A stretch of DNA of 29,720 nt from Octopus sinensis (Eukaryota): NCBI RefSeq assembly GCF_006345805.1, contig NW_021832493.1, positions 1 through 29,720 on the forward strand, in the 5' to 3' direction. A program made the position numbers and the translations under genes. Below, one piece after another: positions 1 to 12,674 of the stretch (positions are counted from its first letter, which is position 1; every line of letters begins with the position of its first letter). The notes beneath the pieces are model-generated. The model was given only the letters and a program-made list of their open reading frames with translations, had not been told where the DNA came from and ran no database searches.

Positions 1-656
1 CCTATTCAAAAGGCTCATTCAAAATATATCCACTCACGAAGCAAATATCAGATATTTTGGGATTTAGGGATCTCCTACGGCTGCAATCCCAACAATTTTT
101 ATCAGTCTATTCTAACATTTCAAAAATGTGACGAAAAATAAAAAACTTAAAGAAAATGGCAAAATTCTCTCACGAAATTTTATAATCCTTTTTACAATAT
201 TAGGAAAAAATAAATGTTTCCCTAATATTTGAGATATTGTTTCTATGACCTATTGATCTCTTCATCTCGAAAGGAATTCCATCTGAATTACCATATTCTA
301 CAGCTATCAATTATGTTAACCTGGTTCCACTGAAGAATATTGATCACATCACGTGATGCTTTAAGAAGCTACCAATAATGGATTGGTCTCTTGGTATCTA
401 CACACTGACAGTTTTATATACACGTGCAAACTCATGCACACTAATTCATACACACATCAACACAGATCAACACGCGTATACACAAAACACACTCTTAAAT
501 GAGTATGTATGCATACATGTATGTATATATATATACTCGCATTTGCATGTTTACAGTGAGAAACACGAAGATGGTGAAATACACATGCTTGGCAAATATA
601 TATGCAAGCATATTGACAAGTATATTTACATACATGCGTGCATACATGCATACATA

Positions 657-770
657 TATATATAAGTATATATAACATAAGTATTCATATACAAATATAT
701 GTGTATATATATATATATATATGGTCACAGTAATATGACTGAAACAAGTACAAGTGTACAAGTGTATATA

Positions 771-844
<74 letters not shown>

Positions 845-924
845 ACTTATCTCTCACTTGATGGAATAATTTTTTGTTGATTCTACCTGCATTGAATATA
901 TATATATACATATATATATATATG

Positions 925-991
<67 letters not shown>

Positions 992-1020
992 ATATATATA
1001 TATATAATATATACATACAA
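657..1020. repeat. Compound (TA)n/(TATC)n microsatellites
   Basis: Direct reading: long TA run ~770-840, TATC run ~925-990. Confidence 0.95.
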
Positions 1021-2394
1021 ATAATCAGGTGCGCTCCACGCACAGTCTTTCCCACACATGGATGTGTGTGGGTGTGGGCATGTATCTCTTTTTTATATGT
1101 GTATTTATAGGTTTCGATAAAAAGCTCAGATAAATGCGCATGCTCGTCATGCCGCCGCTAGCACTAGGAACTTTCTCGAAGTCTCCAGCAAAGATTATTG
1201 CTTTGGTATATCTCTTTCCTAACATGGAGATTCTCGGTAGTTTTACTATATACAAAATATTTCTCTATATCGTAGCAGAGTTATATCTACATAAAGATTA
1301 CTTCTGCGTTTCAGATTTGAAAAGCATACATACATGGATTTGAAGAACGTATATCAACTCACAAATAATAAACAAAAAGTCCCGAACAAATATCGCAGTA
1401 GAGAAACGTGTTTCCATACCAGGCATGAATGAAGAGTAAACCTGATTAGCAATACATTATTTTAAAATACATATTACTGGAAAAAGTAGAATAAAAACGG
1501 ATGGAATCTTCTTTGAAGAAAAAAAAAAAACTCAGGAATATAACCAGTTTTTGTTTTAAATATACGATTAAACGATAATCAAATTACAAGTTTATTATAA
1601 TATTTTTCTGATGATAATGTCGGAGCGGTTTTCCTTGTTTCACGGCGTCTTCATTGCATCATAGATTATTGTTCTCATTTATAATAACCCAATTCTGAAT
1701 GTAGAAGATGAAATTAAAACGAAATGAATTAAATAAAATAAAAGAAAAGATAAACAAAAACAGTACAAAACAGCAAATATAGAAATATACAAACATACAA
1801 ACATACCAACAACAACAAAAAATTGCATTGCATCAAAGAGAGAAGAGAGAGAGAGAGGCCTGGTTGTCTGTGTCAGGCTGACTGGTAGACAGATTTGTGG
1901 TTGGGTATTTGCCGTTTGGCTTTGTTACTTCGAAAGCTATAGCCGCCGTTAAGGAAATCGATAATTAACTGGCATTGATGTTTTTCAAGAAATAGATTCA
2001 TGATTATGGGCGCCCCCCCACTTCCCTAACTACCCCATCACTCAACCCTCAAACCTACGCCTACCCTATCTCTCTCCCCTCCTTTTTTTTGCTGGAAGCG
2101 TTGCACAACAGTGAATTTGGATTCGCTTTATCAACTACAAAAAGAAAATACATTTAAAAATGGTGAATACGTTTTGAGTTTCGGAAATCTCTATTTATGA
2201 AAGACAATGGACCATATCATCCGTGATAGTTTCCCGTTCAATATTCATTATATATATGAAGATATTTTCGATTATTCCTAACGATAATGACGGTACCGGA
2301 ATAGTATAATGGTTATCAATGTATTTTATAAGTCTAGGGATTGGATGCCAAAAAACCAACATATAAATAAATAAAACAAGAAGAGAAAAGAATA

Positions 2395-2420
2395 CATATA
2401 CATATGTGTATGTATGTCTA

Positions 2421-2477
<57 letters not shown>

Positions 2478-2951
2478 GTATGTATGCATGTATGTATGTA
2501 TGTATGTATATTTATCAGATAAAATAATACAAGATAAAATCACATTAAATATGTATGTAAAAAAAAACGTTGTTCCTAATTTAATTAATTTCAATGCCAC
2601 AACAAAAAGGATTTTCATACAAGAGCAATATGGCGCTTGATGTCACTTTGACCTTCTTGTCGAACGTTCATTCCAATATATCTTAGATTCATGATATATA
2701 TACAATACGGATTTAAGAAGGAAGTATTTTAGCTATTTAATCGGAAGCGGATGAAATAAGTACTTGTGATTTACTAGGAATCTACGATCGTATTTTTCTT
2801 CGAAAAGTCCTTGTATGCATACATACATACATACATACATACATACATACATACATACATACATACATACATGTTTTATATACATACATAATTGCATACA
2901 TACATATATACATGCATATATACATACATACATACATACATACATACTTAC

Positions 2952-2988
<37 letters not shown>

Positions 2989-3060
2989 TACAAAGACGAA
3001 AAGACAAAACCATAAAGACACACAAAGATATATATATATATACATATATATAACATATAC
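2395..3060. repeat. (TA)n/(TATG)n/(CATA)n microsatellite blocks
   Basis: Direct reading of tandem di- and tetranucleotide runs at ~2395-2510 and ~2812-3060. Confidence 0.9.
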
Positions 3061-3420
3061 TATTGACCAAGTAAGGCCACGTCCTAGAATCGAGAGTCCA
3101 AGAAGTTCCTTCGCTTTGAGTGAATAAGATGTGGCACAGCACAGAAATAAATCTTGAGCATTATCAAGTACAAACCCAGTGACGCAACAGAAGTCAAGAC
3201 GACCTTTATCCATACGGGTTTACCTTCTTCCTGAAGGAAGTTGTGACGAGAATTAATGGTCCTTCACTCTCAGATGCCAATATAGTAATTAAGCCACAGC
3301 TGGGACACGACAGGTCAGGTACAACTACTCTTGGCTTGAATAAGCGTGGAACAAATACAAGGTCTAAGCGATGATGCTCTGGAACTCCCGAGCCTGGTCC
3401 CGACTACTGGATTCATGAAG

Positions 3421-3472
<52 letters not shown>

Positions 3473-3647
3473 ACATATGTATATATATAAATAGGTAATG
3501 CATGCATGCCAAGATGCATACATAGATACATATATACACATATATATACACATATACATATACATATGTATATATATATGTACACACATACATACGTGCA
3601 TGAAAAATAATACATACATACATGCATATATAAATACATACATACAT

Positions 3648-3832
3648 GATAGTTCGCTAGCCACTATACCTTTTTCTGTTTTCTCTCCCTGTTTATTTCT
3701 GTGTTCCTTTCTGTCGAAGAGCGTAGGCTCGAAACGTAAAAGACTTTCTCACTTCCCGAGCGTTAAACTAATACATCTGATTGTTGTTTACACACCTGTC
3801 TTTTGTTTTTTGATTTTTTTGTAAATTCTCAC
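3648..3832 (+). mobile_element. Non-autonomous Penelope-like pLTR-type repeat, family H2, copy 1 (hammerhead-bearing)
   Basis: Shares GATAG.TCGCTAGCCACT...CTGTNGAAGAGCGTAGGCTCGAAACGTAAAAGACTTT...TAATACATCTG...TTTGTAAATTCTC with copies at 15233, 17948 and 26405. Embedded in TA/CA microsatellite. Penelope assignment is inferred from the hammerhead motif. Confidence 0.75.
3707..3742 (+). ncRNA. Minimal type-I hammerhead ribozyme-like motif (CUGUCGA variant core)
   Basis: Stem I CUUU(3707-10)/AAAG(3739-42); CUGUCGA 3711-17; extra A; stem II GAGC-GUAG-GCUC 3719-30; GAAA 3731-34; palindromic ACGU; putative cleavage triplet GUA. Confidence 0.6.
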
Positions 3833-3889
3833 TACACACACACACACATTTATATATAGATATATGCATATACTTACATATGAGCAAAA

Positions 3890-3996
3890 CGCTCCTCCCA
3901 TCCAATGGACGGTGCTGAGTTGTCAAACATTTAAACCAAATTTTTGCAAAACAACTTGTCCGACCGTCCCATAGGCCTCCCCTTTGAGAAACACTG
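3890..3996. mobile_element. hAT-like MITE remnant (one terminus)
   Basis: Ends in TTTGAGAAACACTG (3983-3996), the reverse complement of a CAGTGTTTCTCAAA hAT-type terminus. No partner terminus was found and the left boundary is approximate. Confidence 0.35.
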
Positions 3997-4468
3997 ATTT
4001 AACCTATATTTGAGACACCAGCAAAAGAAATAAAGATAGACTTTTTTCTATTCCAAAGAAAAACGATTTTATTCACACAATTATGCAACCGAAGAGTTTA
4101 AAGTACCAGTAAGTACAATGCAACAGCTGATGTACTTGCGCGTACAAATGCACGTTCCTACGGCTTTATCGATCGCATTTTCACCTGCAATCGATTTTTG
4201 TAATTTTTTCAAGACCTATACACTGTCGGTATCTATATATCAAATCTGAGCGCAATGTCTGTATGCTTATTTGCGTACATACTACACCTCTCTCTACTCA
4301 TATGTGTGTGTATGTATGTATAGCATGACATGTGTGTGTATGCGTGCGTATACGTATGTATGTATGTATGTATGTATGTATGTATGTATGTATGTATGTA
4401 TGTATGTATGTGTGTTTGTATATATATATATATATACATATAAATATAGAATAGTGGTACAACATAAG

Positions 4469-4515
4469 TGGTCTGATCAGTAAGTATCCGGACTGTTGGC
4501 ATAGTAACGAAGCTA
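4469..4515 (+). mobile_element. Mariner-type terminal inverted repeat remnant
   Basis: GGTCTGATCAGTAAGTATCCGGACTGTTGGCATAGTAACGAAGCTA resembles mariner-type termini (recognition from memory). It is truncated by a TATC repeat. Confidence 0.4.
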
Positions 4516-4929
4516 TCTATCTATCAATCTTCGTACACACCCACACATATGCACACACATTTTCCCCTTCTTCTCCCCCTCCCCTTCCCCCTCTCATTCC
4601 TCCCCCTCATCTAGTTCTCTGGCTCTCACATGATCTATCAATTTATCTCACCATTTTACTCTCACATTCCATTTTTTCCCATTCCATCGAGTTGGAACTT
4701 GGTTCTAATCTGTTTTCCTCTCCATCATGACTTTATCTCTTCAGTCGTTTTACCCCTCCACGCCAAGTTTCCTACGCATGCGCCATCTCTTTATTCCCTC
4801 TTTAGTAATTTTTCTCTCTCTTTCTCTTTCTAATTCTCTCGACCCCTTTCTCTTCCTACATATATGGAAGTTTGCACACTGTTTTAGCGTCGGTTTATTA
4901 TATATTCAAATAAATACAGGGAACGAAGA

Positions 4930-6375
<1,446 letters not shown>

Positions 6376-6703
6376 TATCTCTGAATAGGAGTCATAAGTT
6401 ATGGTCATATAACTAACTCTCCTGATGTACAAAAACACTGACACAAGTGCTCGCTTGCGCACACATATTCTCTGATGCGTGCACATACACAAACACACCC
6501 TTATATTACTCTCTTGGTTTGTTTCGTTTTATTTCTGTTACCATTGCGTCCATTTTTCTCTAAATTTCTTTCCATGTTTCTACGTTGCTTTTTATCGCTC
6601 GTCTTTCATATTTCGAATAATCATTTTCTCCTCACCCATTCCCAACCGCCATGTTTGCATGTTTCCTATCCCACTTCACTCTATTTCTCACTGTCTCTCC
6701 ATC

Positions 6704-6704
<1 letters not shown>

Positions 6705-6755
<51 letters not shown>

Positions 6756-6775
6756 CTCTCTTTCTCTCTCTCTCC

Positions 6776-6830
<55 letters not shown>
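6705..6830. repeat. (CT)n microsatellite
   Basis: Direct reading. Confidence 0.95.
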
Positions 6831-6831
<1 letters not shown>

Positions 6832-7309
6832 TCTACCGATCGATCGATCTCTGTCTCTGTTTCTCTTGCAAGAAATTATCTTCAATCTGAAAAGTTAAAT
6901 TAACTATTTATTTACAAAGTTCTGCACATATAGTTAAATTAACGCATTAATCAATAACAAAGTTGGATTCTGGTCGAATAACAGAGAATTTTGCTACAAA
7001 CAAAGACTGCCAACCGCGACTGAAAACCTCAGCTCCGATTCTGAATACTTCTGACCCGATGGTAGTCATAAAGGCCACGTTTCACATTTTACCTTAAAAC
7101 CTTTCACCATTTGATGGGTAACTCAGATTGTGAAAAGTCGAGAAACTGAATTTAATCTCAAAATCCTTCCTATTCAAAATGGTTGTTACACAATCGTTTC
7201 ACGCTATCATTTATAGCTTTATCTGATTCGAGATTCACTATTCCCCTACTAAAGTAGTAATAAAAAATTCATACTTTGAAAGTTTCTAAATTCTTATTAA
7301 TCAAGCATA

Positions 7310-7490
7310 TACATTATTTACATTATTTACATTTGACGGATATTTGTCCTCATCTTGTTTGTTGTTAACACAAAGTTTCGGCTGATATACCCTCCAGCCT
7401 TCATCAGGTGTCTTGAGGAAATTTTGAACCTGGGTTCTCATTCCTAATGTATTTTTCGATGTTGTTGTTGTTGTTGTTGTTGTTGTTCTT

Positions 7491-7521
<31 letters not shown>

Positions 7522-7558
7522 TTATTATTATTATTATTATTACTATTATTATTATTAC

Positions 7559-7615
<57 letters not shown>

Positions 7616-7641
7616 TTTTATTATTATTATCATTATTATTA

Positions 7642-7680
<39 letters not shown>

Positions 7681-7731
7681 CCAGGTTACAACGTGGAATC
7701 GAACTCGGAATCTTGGGGTTAGTAGCCCACG
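7310..7731 (-). mobile_element. tRNA-headed hammerhead SINE (family H1), inverted 5'-truncated copy
   Basis: On the minus strand: 3' half of tRNA-like head (7731-7681), then (TAA)n/(GAA)n/(CAA)n (7680-7459), then tail ACATCGAAAAATAC...GAGAACCCAGGTTC...CTGATGAAGGCTGG...AAATGTAAATAATGT. Homologous to the plus copy at 7731-8114. Confidence 0.85.
7367..7412 (-). ncRNA. Minimal type-I hammerhead motif, canonical CUGAUGA core, stem-III palindrome mutated (ACUU)
   Basis: Reverse complement reads GACAC CUGAUGA A GGCUG-GAGGGUAUAU-CAGCC GAAA CUUU GUGUU. Confidence 0.65.
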
Positions 7732-7818
7732 GGCATATGGCGTAGTGGCTAAGAGCACGGGCTAGTAACCCCAAGACTCTGAGTTCGATCCCAGGCAGTG
7801 ACCTGAATAATAATAATA

Positions 7819-7882
<64 letters not shown>

Positions 7883-8114
7883 TAATAATATATAATAATA
7901 ATAATAATAATAATATATAATAATAATAATAATGATAATAACATAGAAAAATACCTAAGGAAGGAGAAGCCAGGTTAGAAATTTCTCCAAGACATCTGAG
8001 GAAGGCTGAAGGGTATATCAGCCGAAACGTTGTGTTAATAACAAACAAGATACGGACAAATATCCGCCAAATGTAAATAATGTACATAATTCCTCATCTC
8101 TTAAATATATAACT
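7731..8114 (+). mobile_element. tRNA-headed hammerhead SINE (family H1), full-length copy
   Basis: Head GGGCATATGGCGTAGTGG (A box 7738-48)...GAGTTCGATCC (B box 7781-91)...GTGACCTGA, then (TAA)n 7806-7940, then tail 7938-8114 containing the hammerhead motif. Confidence 0.88.
7991..8036 (+). ncRNA. Minimal type-I hammerhead ribozyme motif with intact core
   Basis: Stem I GACAU(7991-95)/GUGUU(8032-36); CUGAGGA 7996-8002 fits CUGANGA; extra A; stem II GGCUGA/UCAGCC 8004-8023; GAAA 8024-27; palindromic ACGU; triplet GUU. Confidence 0.75.
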
Positions 8115-8665
8115 GTAAGTCAAGCGTATATTGTTTAGTTTTTTTTTATATATACTTTATTTTTCAGATCATGCTTTTAAGGACCATTTCATATGTATGC
8201 GTTGTAACGCAATCCCACGACAACCCCTATATGTTTTTAAAACAAACAAACTATTAGCTATTATTTTGACCGTGAACGAAACTGGTGACATACTTAGATA
8301 CGGCATCGGCTAAATGAAGAGGTGACTTTCTTGAAATCCAAGAATATTTCTAAAAATCATTGCTGTTGTTGTCGTTGTTGTTGTTGTTGATTATTTCTAT
8401 TTCCTCTGTGAACGAGTGGAACTGAGGGAAGCGTCATGTCGGTTATGACCATCACAAGTATCTATGACACGCACATTAAGATGTAGCCTTAGATAAAGAG
8501 CGAAAGAGGAAGCAAATAACGTAGAGAATGATAGATATATAGAAACGTACAAACCAGTGTTTGTGTGTATGTAACATATATTTATGTATATTTTTATGTG
8601 GATATATGCTTGTATATGTGTATGTATATGTATGTCAGGATATTTCACAAATAAAGAATTTACTA

Positions 8666-8801
8666 TTCAGGTCACTACCTGGAATCGAACTCGGAATCTT
8701 GGGGTTAGTATCTCATGGGCATATGGCGTAGTGGTTAAGAGCACGGGCTACTAACCCCAGGACTCCGAGTTCGACTCCAGGCAGTGACCTGAACACTAAT
8801 A

Positions 8802-8860
<59 letters not shown>

Positions 8861-8937
8861 GATGATGATAATAATAATAATAATAATAATAATAACATCG
8901 AAAAATACCTTAGGAATGAGAACCCAGGTTCAAAATT
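8666..8937 (+). mobile_element. Family H1 SINE, second head-to-head pair (short inverted head 8666-8716 plus forward copy truncated before the hammerhead)
   Basis: TTCAGGTCACTACCTGGAATCGAACTCGGAATCTTGGGGTTAGTA is the reverse complement of the head 3' half. GGGCATATGG head starts at 8717, then (TGA)n(TAA)n, then tail AACATCGAAAAATACC...CCCAGGTTCAAAATT. Confidence 0.85.
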
Positions 8938-8959
8938 ATATTTATATATCCACCAAAAA

Positions 8960-9020
8960 CACTTCAATGCGGTGCTCTAGCATGGCCACAGTCAAACGAT
9001 TATAAGAAATAAAATAATAT
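8960..9020 (+). mobile_element. SINE family B 3' tail fragment
   Basis: GCGGTGCTCTAGCATGGCCACAGTC matches the reverse complement of GACTGCGGCCATGCTG.AGCACCGC seen at ~17470 and ~26150. Confidence 0.6.
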
Positions 9021-9134
9021 AAAAAAAAGCCATATAACAAAAAAAAAACAAGTTTCTATGATGTGTGTCGTCTTCGTCCAGTGTCTCTAAATCTGTGTTC
9101 ATTGCTTTGATGATTTTTTTTTTTTAGTACTTTC

Positions 9135-9417
9135 TGTCAACACCTCCGGCCGTGACACCCACTTTTCTTCTTAGACACAACATTTCTCTTTTCAGCTTCC
9201 TGTTAATCATAAATCCTTTTATTCAAATAGTCTCTCTCCTCTAACTGTTGCTCTCTGGAACTCCCTACCAACGTCACGTTTTCCTCTGGTCTCAGATATT
9301 CAGCTGTTCAAGCTTTCTGTCAATCGACATCTGAATTTATTGGCCCCTTTGTTTCCTTTCTTCGTAATCCCTTGCGCTACGGTGGCCTCTCGCCATGTTT
9401 GCAACTAAATTATTATT
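9135..9417 (+). mobile_element. 3' end of a CR1/L2-group LINE (Crack/Daphne-like ORF2 C-terminus plus tail)
   Basis: Translation QHFSFQLPVNHKSFYSNSLSPLTVALWNSLPTSRFPLVSDIQLFKLSVNRHL matches the (Y)SNSFFPRT..LWNSLP...FK..(V/I)NRHL terminus of this LINE group. Ends in ATTATTATT. Confidence 0.8.
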
Positions 9418-10448
9418 GCGACAATGACGCAGAAAAGCAGAATCTAAGTGTGTTGTATATACTGAAAAATATAATTTCGTGTTTCAGAAAATCAATTCAG
9501 GTTCTTGAGTGTCATAGAAAATGTGATCATCATAATTTTGTTATACTCACGTACGACTTACGAAACTAAGCAAGCAATAGATTGTTATATATATATTTTT
9601 TTCATAAATTTAAAATTTAAAACGGTATTTTTATAACTTTCTTTGTGAAGCACGATAGCATATTTTTTTTTACTTGTTCCCGAGTGAGCTATGAAGTCAA
9701 AAAGGATTGATGACTGCATTTCCAGGTTGTCCTGTCATTCTTGAGTGATGTATGCAAGGTCCTTGATCTGGGAAGTAATGTGTGTTTTCCGTGTGGAGTC
9801 TAGATTGCATGTGGATGACACCTGGGAAAGAAAGGTTACGAAAGTGTGAAAGAGGATATCACCTGCATATAAGTTTGTTATTAGAAGTGACAGCGAGTAG
9901 CTCATAAATACACAAAAGTAACAACGCTTGGAACATTTACTGAACCTTAAAGGTACGCCAGTGTAACAAAAAGAAACTTGCTGTCATATGAAGCTACGGA
10001 TTAACTGGAAACTTCGAGTTTACGAACTGAAGACGATTTAAACAAAAGCTTGAAGATCATATCTCGTTGATACGTACACTGAGATTTGTATGAGGGCTCA
10101 AAACATCTCATATATGAACATGATCAGATTTTAAACTGATCTGAAATGAAGATCGTTTTGAATGCATTTACACAAGGCCTCGCGCAGGTACTGCAAACAT
10201 CTTGCGGTGGAAACGCAAGACCAAAAAGGAGATTAATGGACACGTTCCATTTGTGTCTCTGGTATTATTGCTCAATGCAAAGCAAGCTTTGCTGGTCGCT
10301 GCTTTCATACTGACGAACAGGGCATATCGAATGTTATATTTTGCAGAATTCCGGAACCTAATAAAGAGTGAAAGAATAGTCAACAACGTTGACCGTAACA
10401 AGTATTTGAAAGAATCCGGACGTGCAAGTGTTTACCATATTGAAGACG

Positions 10449-11843
10449 CGAATAAATCACTTACTTTATAAGGATGATCTTTAAGCTGAATACAAAAACT
10501 GAGATAGACTTTGGATCATTGATCCAAATAGTGAGAGTATTTAATAAAGATAATGGAAGGCAGTTTGGCATAAATAAGTGCGTTTTACTAATTATGAAGA
10601 GAGGGCGGAAGGTAAACACTGATGGCATAAAATTACCACAAGACAAAATCATTAGATCGCTGTGGTATAATGAGGGATAGAAATATCTAGGAATGCTGCA
10701 ACACGATAGGATGATGGATAGAGAAATGAGGGAGAAATTTAATAAAGTGTAGAAGAGAATTAGGAAAGTGCTCGAAACAAAATTAAATGTAGGAAATATC
10801 ATTAAACCATAAATACATGGGTTATGCCCGTATTGAAGTACTCTGCTCCCTTTCTGAAATGGACAATGGTCGAGCTACAGTACTTGGATAGAAGAACTAG
10901 AAAGTACAGTTCACAAAGTATAGTGCACTCCTGCTTAAAAGCAATACCTACCTACCAAGATATGAAGGTAGCAGGGGATTACTAAACGCAGATACCCCTC
11001 CCCAACAAAAAATGACCGAAACAGTAGTAGAATTCAAAAAGAAATGGAAGAACAACAGAACAAAGAAATAGAAATAAATAGAACCTCATGGCCAATTCAT
11101 GCAACATACCGAGGACGTCGGAAGTAATGATTGCTGGCTCTGGCTGACGGACGGGTACTCGAAACGAGAGACAGAAATGCTAATTATAGTCGCTCAGGAA
11201 CAAACACTTAGAACAAATCTGGTAATGGCAAAGATCGACAAAACTCAGAAAGAAAATGTAGAGTCTGCAGGAAAGGAGACGGAAGTATCAATCAGCTATT
11301 GAGTGAGTGCAGTGTGCCAGCACAAAAGGAGTATAAACGCATGCATGACTATGTAGGCAAAAAAGTGCATTGGGATGTTAGCGGTGTGTGTGGCTTCAAA
11401 ACGTTGGAATATTAGTATGAACACCAACAAAAGGCTGTAATAGAAAATGAAAATTACAATATCCTGTGAGGTTTTCCCATAACGACTGACCTTACTACTG
11501 AAATAAATAGGCCGGATAGGATCATAGAGGACAGTGTAGGATCATAGATTTTGTAATTCCCTATGAAATGGGAAGAAAATGAAAAATCTTAGGATCACTC
11601 CATAGAGGTGAGGAGACTGTCGAAGACGAAAACAACAATTATTCTTGTAGTAATCGGTGCATTTAACACAACTCCTGAAACGCTGAAAGACACTGGAATT
11701 GAAACTAGCATTGTTGACCAACAGAAAAAGTCCTATCTTATATTCTGCAAGGATCTTAAGGAATATTCTCGAGATTTGGGGAAACGTGTTGTCATCAAAG
11801 ATTAAGATAAAATACCTACTAACAATATTAAAACGCACTATGA

Positions 11844-11850
<7 letters not shown>
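10449..11850 (+). mobile_element. Decayed 5'-truncated R4/Dong-clade non-LTR retrotransposon (RT C-half, CCHC knuckle, restriction-like endonuclease)
   Basis: RINHLLYKDDL (RT YMDD motif, 10467-78); FGINKC..L.MKRG; KYLG; HGQF...WLWL; knuckle CRVCRKGDGSINQLLSEC (11257-11310); QKEYKRMHDYVGKKVHW; RPD (11509-17) and IDFVIP; VVIGA. Many stops and frameshifts. (TAA)n tail follows. Confidence 0.92.
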
Positions 11851-11926
<76 letters not shown>

Positions 11927-11929
11927 TAA
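11844..11929. repeat. (TAA)n tail/target array
   Basis: Direct reading. Confidence 0.95.
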
Positions 11930-12328
11930 GGCCCCAGAAAGGTCACAGTAAATGAGAAAGCAACCATAATATGAGATATGCTAACACACACAGATAGAGA
12001 AATTAAGGCAAACAGCCGGATATAGTTGTCAGAGATCACCAAGAAAAAATGCTTTCTAATCGATGTATCAACATCAACAGATGGCAATATTTTTGTAAAA
12101 GAAACAGAAAGACTTTTAATATACAAAAAAGAACATTCAGACAAATGCATAGCAAAAACACCATAACATACAAAAAATAGCACTACTAGCTACCGCACAC
12201 ATGCTACGTAAAGCACCTTCACTACAATGAAAATAAGAGTACCACAACAAGCCACAACACACACCCTGGGCCCATAGCGCTACGCTCGGTAGTGCAATGA
12301 AAGCACGTGATAGAAATAAGACTACTGA
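11930..12328 (+). mobile_element. R4/Dong-type RLE fragment (second family), internally deleted
   Basis: Aligns to the 12671-13302 copy (HTDREIKAN, 3' UTR ending ACTACTGAATAA) but lacks ~80 nt (GACCTGGAAA...GGTATGAT) and ~17 nt. Followed by (TAA)n. Confidence 0.88.
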
Positions 12329-12346
12329 ATAATGATAAAAATAATG

Positions 12347-12414
<68 letters not shown>

Positions 12415-12465
12415 TAATAATACTAAATAATAATAATAATAATAATTACAACAATGCTATTGATA

Positions 12466-12511
<46 letters not shown>

Positions 12512-12540
12512 GGATGATAATAGTAATAATAATAATAATA

Positions 12541-12598
<58 letters not shown>

Positions 12599-12604
12599 TA
12601 ATAA

Positions 12605-12635
<31 letters not shown>

Positions 12636-12674
12636 AAGAAGAAGAAGAAGAAGAAGAAGAAGAAGAAGAAGAAG
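12327..12674. repeat. Compound (TAA)n-(TGA)n-(TAA)n-(GAA)n array
   Basis: Direct reading. Confidence 0.95.

Noticed and set aside
3075-3420. Selenoprotein or UGA-readthrough ORF (only TGA stops in frame)
   Set aside because: There is no Sec-type motif, no SECIS-like element nearby and no recognisable homology. Three TGA stops in 115 codons is compatible with chance.
7731-7806. Functional tRNA gene (also 8717-8792)
   Set aside because: Anticodon and acceptor stems are imperfect, the anticodon loop differs between copies (CTAGTAA versus CTACTAA), there is no T-run terminator, and the head is fused to a fixed microsatellite plus tail. It is a SINE head.
10449-11850. Active or domesticated reverse transcriptase gene
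   Set aside because: It is 5'-truncated at the RT catalytic motif (YKDD), has numerous stops and frameshifts, and has a mutated knuckle histidine.
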